From positions 1,999,327 to 2,063,326 of the forward strand of contig CBDHEF010000002.1 in the NCBI GenBank assembly GCA_965261945.1: a stretch of DNA of 64,000 bases, given 5' to 3'. Both the position numbers and the translations under genes were made by a program. Source of the stretch: Dehalococcoidia bacterium (GTDB lineage: Bacteria; Chloroflexota; Dehalococcoidia; Lucifugimonadales; UBA3495). This document shows positions 44,034 to 52,770 of this stretch, one piece after another (positions within the stretch are counted from its first letter, which is position 1; every line of letters begins with the position of its first letter). Under the pieces are notes generated by a model. The model made no database searches. It saw only the letters and a list, made by a program, of their open reading frames with translations, and was not told the DNA's origin.

Positions 44034-44495
44034 TCAGACTTCCGCCAGTTCTCCCCTGCGCTTGGCGGCGGCGCAGCGGGGGCACAGGCCGTAGAAGTCG
44101 ACCCGCTGCCATCCCACCTCGAAGTCGGTGCTGTTGGCGATGCTGTTCCGCAGGCTCACCACCAAGTCGTGGACTTCGCTGGCGGTATCGGCGTCAATGA
44201 CGTTCTCGCACTCAATGCAGACCAAGTTGACGTGCGGCTCCATGTTGGGCTCGTAGCGCGACATCCGCTGAAAAGGGAGCTCCTGAATCAGACCGCTCTT
44301 TTGCAGCACACCCAGCGTCGAGTATATGGTGGCCAGGGTCATCGAAGGGAAGTGGCCGCGCACCCGCTCGTAAATCTGCTGCACCGTCGGGTGGTCCTGC
44401 GAGTTCAGCACCACTTCGGCGATGGCCAGCCGTTGCGGAGTAACCCGGACGGCCCATTCCCGCATCCGGTCTACCAACTCCTGCTGTGTCAACAT
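44034..44495 (-). CDS. Fur family transcriptional regulator
   Basis: RVTPQRLAIAEVVLNSQDHPTVQQIYERVRGHFPSMTLATIYSTLGVLQKSGLIQEL...HVNLVCIECENVID...FYGLCPRC (winged helix plus CxxC...CxxC). Confidence 0.85.
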   Translation of the reverse strand: MLTQQELVDRMREWAVRVTPQRLAIAEVVLNSQDHPTVQQIYERVRGHFPSMTLATIYSTLGVLQKSGLIQELPFQRMSRYEPNMEPHVNLVCIECENVIDADTASEVHDLVVSLRNSIANSTDFEVGWQRVDFYGLCPRCAAAKRRGELAEV

Positions 44496-44601
44496 AGACT
44501 GCTCCGGGGCGGCGCTACCACCACCAAGGCGGGCGCTCCGACACCCACCAAATGAATTTCGTAATCTTATCTAATATATCCTTATTTGCGAAGACAGACA
44601 A

Positions 44602-44772
44602 CCCCGGCGGCCGCGCGTTCAGAGACCTTTCGATTCCCTCCCTGGAGGGAGAGGGCTGGAGTGAGGGTGAAATCCTGGGTCTGTACGGTAGTCGCCCACC
44701 ACCAGTGACGCCCCAGCCCTGACCCTCTCCCGGGGGGGGGAGGGGGCAATCCCCCCCCGGGGGCCGCGCGTT
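44602..44772. repeat. Family-A full-length element (135 bp) flanked by 18-bp direct repeats
   Basis: ccccggcggccgcgcgtt (44602-19) and ccccgggggccgcgcgtt (44755-72) match at 17/18 positions. They flank ccctggagggagagggctggagtgagggtgaaatcctggg...ccccagccctgaccctctcccggggggggg. Confidence 0.6.
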
Positions 44773-44800
44773 GGCGTGAAAGTCTCCGGGTGCATATAAT
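44771..44800 (+). promoter_or_regulatory. Sigma70-like promoter TTGGCG-18 nt-TATAAT upstream of the metE-like gene
   Basis: TATAAT lies at 44795-44800, 31 nt before the GGGAGG RBS and ATG at 44831. The -35 hexamer overlaps the right direct repeat of the family-A element. Confidence 0.4.
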
Positions 44801-44830
44801 CACCAGAGGCATTGAATAGCGGGAGGAACC

Positions 44831-45991
44831 ATGAAGAGAAGCGGCTCCAGGATTCTCACCACCCACACCGGCAGCCTGCCCCGGTCGCCCCAACTCCAGG
44901 AACTCCTGCGGGAGCGCGAAGACCGGGCCGGGTTCGACCCCGGGCGGCTCGCCGCCGGTGTGCGTGAATCAGTATCCGAGGTGGTGACCAGGCAGCAGGA
45001 GATCGGCATCGACGTGGTAAACGACGGCGAGCAGGGTCGCTCCCAGTATGCCACCTATGTGAAAGAGCGTCTGTCGGGGTTCGAGGGGGAGCGGCGGGTG
45101 CGCGCCCGCCCGCGCCTGGACGACGCCGATTTCCCCGATTTCGCAGCGACACAGGCGCATTTCTCCTCGCGCAATATGCCTCAACCGGCTTGCACCGGCT
45201 CCATCGCATGGAAGGACTGGCCGGCGGTGGAGCGGGACATCACAACCCTGAAAGAGGTGTCGGCGAAAGAGGTGTCGGCGAACACGTCGGCGGAAGAAGT
45301 GTTCATGACCGCGGCGTCGCCGGGGGTCATCGCCAACTTTCTTCCCAACGAGTATTACCCCACAGAAGAGGCCTACCTCTACGCCCTGGCAGAGGTTATG
45401 AAGGACGAGTACAACGCCATAGCCGCAGCGGGACTCCTCCTTCAAATCGACTGCCCCGACCTTGCCATGACCCGCGTCTCCCAGTTCTCCCACCTGACCG
45501 AGGAAGAATTCAAGAAGGTGGTGGAACTGCACGTCGAGGTAATCAACTACGCCCTGAAGGACATCGACCCGGAGCGGATGCGGCTGCATCTCTGCTGGGG
45601 GAATACCGAGGGCCCGCACCACCACGACATACCGCTCAAGGAAATCGTGGACATGGTGCTGAAGGCGCGTCCCCTCGGCCTGTCCTTCGAGGGCGCCAAT
45701 CCCCGCCACGCCCACGAGTGGAAGGTGTGGGAAGACATAGACCTGCCCGACGGCAAACTTTTGATCCCCGGCGTGCTGGATACCACCACCAACTTCATAG
45801 AGCACCCGGAGTTGATCGCCCAACGCATCGCCAACTACGCCAACGCCGTGGGCCGGGAAAACGTGATGGCCAGCAGCGACTGCGGTTTCGGCACCTCGGC
45901 CTGGGGTCGAAAGGTCGAGACTCAAATCGCCTGGGCCAAGCTGGCCTGCATGGTAGAGGGCGCCCGGCTGGCCTCCCAAGAGCTGTGGTAA
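44831..45991 (+). CDS. Cobalamin-independent methionine synthase (MetE C-terminal domain-like) family protein
   Basis: ILTTHTGSLPRSPQL...IGIDVVNDGEQGRSQYATYV...RLHLCWGNTEGPHHHD...SSDCGFGT. It contains a perfect in-frame 15-bp tandem duplication (KEVSA x2, 45250-45279). Confidence 0.8.
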   Translation: MKRSGSRILTTHTGSLPRSPQLQELLREREDRAGFDPGRLAAGVRESVSEVVTRQQEIGIDVVNDGEQGRSQYATYVKERLSGFEGERRVRARPRLDDADFPDFAATQAHFSSRNMPQPACTGSIAWKDWPAVERDITTLKEVSAKEVSANTSAEEVFMTAASPGVIANFLPNEYYPTEEAYLYALAEVMKDEYNAIAAAGLLLQIDCPDLAMTRVSQFSHLTEEEFKKVVELHVEVINYALKDIDPERMRLHLCWGNTEGPHHHDIPLKEIVDMVLKARPLGLSFEGANPRHAHEWKVWEDIDLPDGKLLIPGVLDTTTNFIEHPELIAQRIANYANAVGRENVMASSDCGFGTSAWGRKVETQIAWAKLACMVEGARLASQELW

Positions 45992-46025
45992 GGCTCGTAA
46001 CGACGAATCAGGAGCGGGAACAACT

Positions 46026-47435
46026 TTGAGTGAGCAAACACTGGCAACAATCCTCTCAAGCGTGGGCTGGGACACGGCCCGCGCCGCCGAACCGCAAATC
46101 ACTGGCGGCCCGGACCCCATTCTGCCGACGCCCTTCCGCATCGGGGAGACCGCCGCCGCCAGCCTGGCCGCCGTCGGCCTCGCGGTTTCGGACCTCTGGG
46201 AGTTGCGCACCGGGCGCCGTCAGGAGGTCGGGATAGATGCCCGTCAGGCCACGGCTTCGCTGCGCAGCGGCAAGTACCTGGCAATGGACGGGACGCCGGT
46301 GGCCGCCGAGCGCACCCCGGTGATGGGTGTGTATCCGGCGAAAAACGGCCGCTGGAGCTACCTGCACTGCAACTTCCCCAACCACCGCGACGCGGCCCTG
46401 GGGGTGCTGGGCGTCGAGGAAGACCGGGAGGCGGTGCGCCGGGTCGTGGCCGGCTGGGACGCCCTGGAGCTGGAGGAGGCCATCATCGCCGCCAGGGGCG
46501 CCGGCGGAATGGTGCGCTCCATGGCCGAGTGGGCACAACACCCCCAGTCTGCCGCCGTAGCGTCTTTGCCTCTGCTGGAAATCGAGAAGATAGGCGACAG
46601 CCCGCCGGAGCCGATGCCCGAGGGTTCCCGGCCCCTGTCGGGGATACGTGTCTTGGACCTGACCAGGGTGCTGGCAGGCCCGAGTTGCGCCCGCACACTG
46701 GCCGAACACGGGGCGGACGTGATGAAAATCAGCGGCCCCCATCTGCCCTTCAGCCCGACCCAGGAACTGGACACCGGGCACGGCAAGCTCTCCACCCACA
46801 TCGACCTGCGGGAAAACCGGGAAGTGGAAACCCTGCGGGGGCTGGCGCGTGAAGCCGACGTGTTCTCGCAGGGCTACCGCCCGGGAACTCTGTCGCAGCG
46901 GGGACTCTCACCGGAGGAACTGGCCAGGCTGCGGCCTGGCATCGTCTACGTCTCCCTGTCCGCCTTTGGCCGCGTGGGGCCGTGGGCCGAACGGCGCGGC
47001 TTCGATACCGTGGTGCAGACAGTGAGCGGCATAACCGACCGGCAGGGCGAGGTATTCCCCGGCGCGGAGCCGGGGCCGCAGTTCTACCCAGTGTCGGCCA
47101 TTGACTACCTGACCGGCTACCTGATGGCCTTCGGCGCCATGGTGGCCCTCGCCCGCCGGGTGCGTGAAGGTGGAAGCTGGCTGGTCCGCGCGTCCCTGGC
47201 GCAAACCGGCCGCTGGCTGGTGGATCGCGGCCAGGCGCCGGAGGCGGAGCTGCGGAACGTGCCGGAGGAGTTCACCGCCGAGGAAATACGGCGGTGGTCC
47301 ACGGCCAGTAACGTTCCGGCAGGTCAGCTTAGCCACCTGGCGCCGGCGCTGCAACTCTCGGAGACCCGGCCCCACTGGACCAGGCCAACGGTGCCCCTCG
47401 GCTACCACGACCCGGTATGGCCGGAGCGGTCGTAG
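46026..47435 (+). CDS. CaiB/BaiF family (type III) CoA-transferase with an N-terminal extension
   Basis: PLSGIRVLDLTRVLAGPSCARTLAEHGADVMKISGP...VFSQGYRPGTLSQRGLSPEELARLRPGIVYVSLSAFG...GFDTVVQTVSG. TTG start after GGAGCGGGAA. Confidence 0.85.
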   Translation: MSEQTLATILSSVGWDTARAAEPQITGGPDPILPTPFRIGETAAASLAAVGLAVSDLWELRTGRRQEVGIDARQATASLRSGKYLAMDGTPVAAERTPVMGVYPAKNGRWSYLHCNFPNHRDAALGVLGVEEDREAVRRVVAGWDALELEEAIIAARGAGGMVRSMAEWAQHPQSAAVASLPLLEIEKIGDSPPEPMPEGSRPLSGIRVLDLTRVLAGPSCARTLAEHGADVMKISGPHLPFSPTQELDTGHGKLSTHIDLRENREVETLRGLAREADVFSQGYRPGTLSQRGLSPEELARLRPGIVYVSLSAFGRVGPWAERRGFDTVVQTVSGITDRQGEVFPGAEPGPQFYPVSAIDYLTGYLMAFGAMVALARRVREGGSWLVRASLAQTGRWLVDRGQAPEAELRNVPEEFTAEEIRRWSTASNVPAGQLSHLAPALQLSETRPHWTRPTVPLGYHDPVWPERS

Positions 47436-47912
47436 CCGGTGCCGGGTCAGCCGTATCTGCAAAGCCTTCTGTGAAACCTGTCCGTCCTGAGCCAGTCAGA
47501 GGATGGACGGGTTTCACTTGCCTGCAACCCATCCAACCGCCCACCCTGCGAAAAGCTCACGACGAACCGCCAAAAGGACTCGATCGACTTTTCAACCACT
47601 CTGTTTGCTGACAGCAGGCGGTTGACACTCTTTTGTCTGTCCCCATAGCATCGGTGGACGATACTATGGTACGGAAACGGCCCCTCCATTATTACAACGA
47701 CGGATCACAAGAAAAGGACCCTGAGCACCTCTTCATGGCGACCTGCCCACGCCCGTGGCAGCCTTGCGGCCTTGCCTTTCGCGAAGCGATTTCCGGCCAA
47801 AAACTGACCAAATCGAAGAAGCGTCGTTGTAATACTAGAAATCTGGCCGGAAAGTGGAGTCAGCCCGGCCGGCGGCTATACTTGGGGTCAACAAGGGTAG
47901 CGAGGGCTGAGA

Positions 47913-48225
47913 ATGCTGGGAGAGCGGTCGGAGCAGAGGGGTCTGTGGGAAGCGGACCGGTTGTATCTGGACCACGTCGGCAAGGACACCTTCTACGGTC
48001 TGCTGGCCTCATTGCGGGGCCGGCTGTTCCGGGACGCCGATTTCGCGGTGTTCTTTCGCGGCGTTCTACTGCGCCGACAACGGCCGGGATAGTGTGCCGC
48101 CCAGCCTGCTGGCGGCGGCTCTCCTGCTCCAGTCCCACGACAAGACCAGCGACGCCGAGGCCAAGGCCCGGGCCGACTTCGACATCCGCTGGAAGGTGGC
48201 TCTGGGGATTGGCTCGGTGCAGGCA
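47913..48225 (+). pseudogene. N-terminal remnant of an IS5/IS1182-type transposase (DUF772-like), frameshifted and truncated
   Basis: MLGERSEQRGLWEADRLYLDHVGKDTFYGLLASLRGRLFRDADFA, then a 13-bp tandem duplication (48042-54 and 48055-67). The next frame reads FYCADNGRDSVPPSLLAAALLLQSHDKTSDAEAKARADFDIRWKVALGIG. Homology stops at about 48225. Confidence 0.6.
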
Positions 48226-48392
48226 AGGGCGACCAGCAACATGGCAACCCCGGCGACAATAGTGAAGACCATCTTCAGCATGGCCGCCACGATAGCATAT
48301 ATCCCTGCTCCAATGCACTGGCCGCCGCCATCTGCCCCACCCGCCCCTTACGTGGTAGGATACCGGCAACACTCGTTATGGAGGAAAGCGGT

Positions 48393-49160
48393 ATGGCCAT
48401 GGATGTTCAGGTTTATACCCAGCCTGGTTGATTCTCCTGCCGGACTCTGGAAGAGTTCCTCAAGTCCAACGGTATTCCTTACGAACATCACGACCTGCTC
48501 AGCGAACCCGCCGCGGTGGAGCATCTGCGCAGCCGCGGAATCAAGTCGCTGCCGGTCACCATCATCGACGACACAGAGGTCATCATCGGCTACTACCCCA
48601 AGAAGCTGATTCCGGCCCTGAAGCTGGATGTGTCCGTTGACCTGTCGGGCAAGACGGCGTGGCTGGCCGAGAAGTACGACGCAATAATGAGTGCGGCTGT
48701 GCGAGCCAACAACCAGTTCAGCCAGGAGCAGCTCGACACCATCGTACCCTGGCGGCCCTGGAGCCTGCGCGACACCGTGCTGCATATCCTGGCGTTCCCG
48801 GAGATCGCCTACCTGTCACACGAGGTGGGCAGCATGAGCTGGGACGATATGCAGGCCCAGGACAAACGGCTCGAAGGTGTCACCACCGCACCGCAGATTG
48901 CCGAGTACGGACTAAAGGTGCGCGACGACATCATCGCCTTCCTGGACAGCGGCAATACCGCGGGCTTCGAGCGCGAGGTGCCGGCCCACTACGGCGGCGA
49001 AGTGACCGTTCTGGAGCTGCTCAACATCGTGCTCAGCCACAGCACCCACCACCTGAAGCAGGTTTATCACTACATGACCACCGACCTCGGCATGACCTTG
49101 GAGAACCCGGCGACCGAGGCCGACCTTGACGGTATCCAGACACCGGACGCCCTTATCTAA
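48393..49160 (+). CDS. Glutaredoxin/NrdH-like domain fused to a DinB-like domain, with an in-frame TGA at the first CxxC position (candidate selenocysteine, or a nonsense mutation)
   Basis: The RBS GGAGGA (48380-85) lies 7 nt before the ATG at 48393. MAMDVQVYTQPG-TGA(48429-31)-FSCRTLEEFLKSNGIPYEHHDLLSEPAAVEHLRSRGIKSLPVTIIDDTEVIIGYYPKKL continues in the same frame as track ORF 48516..49160 (...VLHILAFPEIAYLSHE...LNIVLSHSTHHLKQVYHYM). Confidence 0.6.
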
Positions 49161-49240
49161 CACGCAATGACGCAAGGGCGCAACGCCGCATTGGAAATCT
49201 TTGCGCCCCTGCGCCTTTGCGTTTCATTAAGGAGCCAACG

Positions 49241-50788
49241 ATGAAATATGACTATATCGTGATTGGCGCCGGTTCCGCCGGTTCCATCATCGCCACACGG
49301 CTGACCGAGGACCCCAACGTGTCGGCGCTGCTGTTGGAGGCAGGGCCGGACTACCCGGACTTCGAGCAACTGCCGGAGGAAGTGAAGTTCGGTTACTCCA
49401 CCGAAATCGACATCATGGTCAGCGACCACAACTGGCAGTTCACCGGCAAGGCCACCGAGAGCGCCCCACCGATGATGGTGCCGAGGGGCAAGGTCACCGG
49501 CGGCTCCAGCGCCATCAACGGTCAGGTCTTCCTGCGCGGCGTGCCGGAGGACTACGATTCGTGGGCCGAGATGGGCAACAATGAGTGGGGCTACACCGAC
49601 TGCCTGCCCTACTTCCGCAAGCTGGAGACCGACACCGACTTTCCCGACGATTTCCACGGCACCGACGGCCCCATCGTCTGCCACCGCTTCAAGCCGGAGA
49701 CGTGGCACCCGGCACAGCATGCGTTCTATGCCGCCTGCCGGGAGGCGGGGTTCCCTGACAGCCCGGACCACAACAACCCGGACTCCACCGGCGTCGGCCC
49801 TACGCCCTTCAACAACCCCGGCGGCGTGCGCATGAGCACCGCCCTGGGCTACCTGGACCAGGCGCGCCACCGTCTGAACCTGACCATCCGCGCCAACTGC
49901 CACGTCCAGAAGATACTGTTCGACGGCAACCGCGCGGTGGGCGCTCGTGTGGAGAGCGGCGGCGAGACCTTCACTGTCGAGGGCGACGAAATTATCCTCA
50001 GTTCCGGCGCCATCGGCTCGCCTCACATCATGCTGCTGTCCGGCATCGGTCCGGCGGCCCACCTGCGGGAGTTCGGCATCCCCGTGGTGGCCGACCTGCC
50101 CGGCGTGGGCCAGAACCTTCGTGATCACCCGCTCGTGTGGGTGACCTGGCGCACGAAGCCGGAGATTCCGCTGGACGGCCTGGCTCCCCGGATGCAGGTG
50201 ACCCTGCGTTACACTGCCGAAGGCTCTGACCTTCGCAACGACATGAAGATGTCCATGCAGTCCTTCGCCACCGAGCGCATCAATCGTGGCGGCGACCGCA
50301 TGGAGCCTGTGGGCATCCGCCTGACCAGCGGAATCCAACTGGCGGCGGGCGCGGGCGAGCTGCGGTTGCAATCGGCTGACCCGGCGGAGCAACCGTTCCT
50401 CGACTACCGCTATCTGGAAGACCCCTTCGACCTGGAGCGGCTGCGGGAGACGGTGCGCCTCTGCGTCCGGCTGGGTGAGAGCGACGCCTTCAACGACATC
50501 ATCCAGGAACGCATCGAACCCACCGACGCCGAGCTGGCCACCGACGAGGCCCTGGACGAGTACCTGTTCCGCGAAGTCACAACGTCGCAGCACGTTTCCT
50601 GCACCGCCAGGATGGGACCCGCCGACGACCCCATGGCTGTGGTCAGCCAGTACGCCAGGGTTCACGGTCTTGAGGGCCTGCGTGTGGCCGACGCCTCCAT
50701 CATGCCCGACTGCATCCGCGCCAACACCAACGTGACCACGATGATGATCGGCGAGCGGGTGGCGGAGTTCATCAAGGCGGGGAAGTAG
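49241..50788 (+). CDS. GMC family oxidoreductase (choline-dehydrogenase-like)
   Basis: MKYDYIVIGAGSAGSIIATRLTEDPNVSALLLEAGPD...GKVTGGSSAINGQVFLRG...HVSCTARMGP...GLRVADASIMP. AAGGAG precedes the ATG at 49241. Confidence 0.9.
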   Translation: MKYDYIVIGAGSAGSIIATRLTEDPNVSALLLEAGPDYPDFEQLPEEVKFGYSTEIDIMVSDHNWQFTGKATESAPPMMVPRGKVTGGSSAINGQVFLRGVPEDYDSWAEMGNNEWGYTDCLPYFRKLETDTDFPDDFHGTDGPIVCHRFKPETWHPAQHAFYAACREAGFPDSPDHNNPDSTGVGPTPFNNPGGVRMSTALGYLDQARHRLNLTIRANCHVQKILFDGNRAVGARVESGGETFTVEGDEIILSSGAIGSPHIMLLSGIGPAAHLREFGIPVVADLPGVGQNLRDHPLVWVTWRTKPEIPLDGLAPRMQVTLRYTAEGSDLRNDMKMSMQSFATERINRGGDRMEPVGIRLTSGIQLAAGAGELRLQSADPAEQPFLDYRYLEDPFDLERLRETVRLCVRLGESDAFNDIIQERIEPTDAELATDEALDEYLFREVTTSQHVSCTARMGPADDPMAVVSQYARVHGLEGLRVADASIMPDCIRANTNVTTMMIGERVAEFIKAGK

Positions 50789-50891
50789 GGGCGGCGGGCT
50801 TGCCTGTCGTCTGGGTTAAGATTTGCCAGACAGCTATGAAAAATCCACAGCCGGACAGGTAATCCCTGTTCAGGCGGCAGGCAGTCCAGCT

Positions 50892-51512
50892 ATGGAAAAA
50901 GTGTTCATCTACTGGGACAATTCCAACATTTTTATCAGCGCACAACAAGTCGCAATAGAGCGCGAGGGCGAGGCGGTTCGATACCGGGCTCGCCTTCACT
51001 TCCGGAATATGATGGAGTTGGCCCGCGCTGGGCGAGACATAGAGCGGGCTATCGCTGTCGGTTCCATTCCGCCTGAACTGCGGCACGTCTGGAACCGGTT
51101 GGAAAATGAAGGGTTCACGGTCCAGTTGCTGGAACGCGGCGCCATACAAGGCCGTGAACAAGGCGTGGACCAAGCGTTACAGACCGTTATGTTGCGAGAT
51201 ACCGTGGACTATAACGGAGATCCGGGAATCGCGGTGCTACTAACCGGCGACGGCAGCGGCTTCGCCGACGGCGTAGGGTTTCATGCCGACTTGGAGCGAA
51301 TGCGCAACCGCGGCTGGCGCATAGAAGTCTTGTCGTGGCGGCATAGCTGCAACCGCCGGATGCGAGAGTGGGCGGAAGAGTACGGCTCTTTCATCGCTTT
51401 GGACGACTTCTACGACAGCGTAACATTCCTGGAGCCGCCCGCCCCCGGGCAGACCGTCGCCAACCCTCGCTACGCCACGCCGCCTGACCTGTCGCGGCGG
51501 GCGATGGGGTAG
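50892..51512 (+). CDS. NYN (LabA-like PIN-fold) domain protein
   Basis: MEKVFIYWDNSNIFISAQ...AIAVGS...VDQALQTVMLRDTVDYNGDPGIAVLLTGDGSGF...GWRIEVLSW. Confidence 0.7.
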   Translation: MEKVFIYWDNSNIFISAQQVAIEREGEAVRYRARLHFRNMMELARAGRDIERAIAVGSIPPELRHVWNRLENEGFTVQLLERGAIQGREQGVDQALQTVMLRDTVDYNGDPGIAVLLTGDGSGFADGVGFHADLERMRNRGWRIEVLSWRHSCNRRMREWAEEYGSFIALDDFYDSVTFLEPPAPGQTVANPRYATPPDLSRRAMG

Positions 51513-51623
51513 TAGGAAACCTTAGTCAGTTTAGGAAAAATTGAGTGAAACTCTCCTACTACAATGCTGTTTCATTTGGCCTTTAGGCTCACACCTTGAA
51601 AAGTGCGGCCCCTTGTCTTGTGT

Positions 51624-52025
51624 TTAGCTCAGGATGGTTTTTAGAAGGCAGGATAGGCTATCGTCCAGCGTCTGGCACTCCCACACCACTACGGAAGTCC
51701 AGCCCAATTCGCGCAATAGCAGCCGGTTTGAGGTGTCGCGGCGCTGATTGCGAGCAATTTTTTCACGCCAGTAGTCAACGTTGGTCGCGGGCATACGGTC
51801 GCCGCGTTTGCATAAGTGACCGTGCCAAAAGCACCCGTGAACGAACAGCGCGATCCGGCGTGACGGAAACGCTAAGTCTGGTTTTCCCGGCAGGTCTTTG
51901 CGGTGCAGGCGGTAGCGATAGCCTATCCGGTGGGCGGTTTTACGAACCCGCATCTCCGGCTTGGTGTTTTTTGACCGGACGCTCGCCATGATACGGCTGC
52001 GGGTGGCTGCATCAACTTTGTCCAT
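51624..52025 (-). CDS. vsr: Very-short-patch repair endonuclease
   Basis: RSRIMASVRSKNTKPEMRVRKTAHRIGYRYRLHRKDLPGKPDLAFPSRRIALFVHGCFWHGH...NVDYWREKIARNQRRD...GWTSVVVWEC. Confidence 0.9.
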   Translation of the reverse strand: MDKVDAATRSRIMASVRSKNTKPEMRVRKTAHRIGYRYRLHRKDLPGKPDLAFPSRRIALFVHGCFWHGHLCKRGDRMPATNVDYWREKIARNQRRDTSNRLLLRELGWTSVVVWECQTLDDSLSCLLKTILS

Positions 52026-52770
52026 GAATAGTTATCCAATCTTGTCGATACCTGACACTTGCTAAAATACTGTCGACAGGAATGACAGGAATGGTTTGCG
52101 TTATGGAGAATTTTTTCGACGATTCAGGTACCGGACGATGGATTGTAAACTGGCTACCATGAGGCTGCCAGGTGAACTGATGTCTGTTAGTTGTGCGGTC
52201 ACGTCCAACTAAATTACCATTTTTGTTGAAACTCCACTCGTATTCTGCTGGAATGTATCTGCTTGCTTCTTCTTCAAAGATTAAAAATTCGCGAGTGTCC
52301 AAGTTCCTAATCATCACCACGACACGCAAATCGTTGAACTGATCCAAAGCTTCATCCACACGGGCATTCCAAACTGAAACGACGGCGTGTCCAGTGGTTT
52401 CGGGATTCTCACGAGGATTTTCTATCCCCACAGAGTAGTTGGGAGAATTTCTGCCGGAAATTAACCGAGCAACTCTTTTCCCGAAGGGTCTTTTCTCTTT
52501 GATAGTCTTGATAGACCAAGCGCATCCATTGGCGACGACATCAGCGACTCCAAGAGGGCTTGCCCTATGTTCCCCACCGATTGCTGTGGCAAATATCGTG
52601 CCAAAATCATCGCCGCTAATGTCAGCTTGGCCGATGGCTATTCGGTGGACGAGTTGTCGTCCAATTTCAAGTATGATTTCGTTAGAAATTTGCCCCAACG
52701 GGTACGGGCCAGTTCTCCTGGGAGCATTTCCCCTCAGTCTGGGATTGTCCAATGGATTGTCCGAGGACAT
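52012..52770 (-). CDS. Putative type II restriction endonuclease (family not recognised)
   Basis: It sits between the C5-methyltransferase and vsr in one overlapping operon. AAGGGG precedes the ATG at 52770. It contains GDDFG...PLGVADVVANGCAWSIKTIK, a possible D...SxK nuclease motif. It overlaps the MTase 3' end by 89 nt and vsr by 14 nt. Confidence 0.5.
   Translation of the reverse strand: MSSDNPLDNPRLRGNAPRRTGPYPLGQISNEIILEIGRQLVHRIAIGQADISGDDFGTIFATAIGGEHRASPLGVADVVANGCAWSIKTIKEKRPFGKRVARLISGRNSPNYSVGIENPRENPETTGHAVVSVWNARVDEALDQFNDLRVVVMIRNLDTREFLIFEEEASRYIPAEYEWSFNKNGNLVGRDRTTNRHQFTWQPHGSQFTIHRPVPESSKKFSITQTIPVIPVDSILASVRYRQDWITIHGQS

Noticed and set aside
44551-44590. AT-rich tract upstream of the Fur-family gene, considered as a Fur/Zur/PerR box
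   Set aside because: I could not find a convincing 7-1-7 or 9-1-9 dyad. It may simply be the promoter -10 region.
47447-47689. Minus-strand ORF with ...NRVVEKSIESFWRF..., vaguely like the C-terminal end of IS5-family transposases
   Set aside because: The similarity is too weak and short to call by eye. The region also contains a hairpin repeat (gtgaaacc.gtccgtcc / ggatggacgggtttcac).
49157-50665. 502-aa minus-strand ORF
   Set aside because: Antisense to the GMC oxidoreductase (clear GxGxxG and C-terminal active-site motifs). Gly/Ala/Val/Arg-rich shadow.
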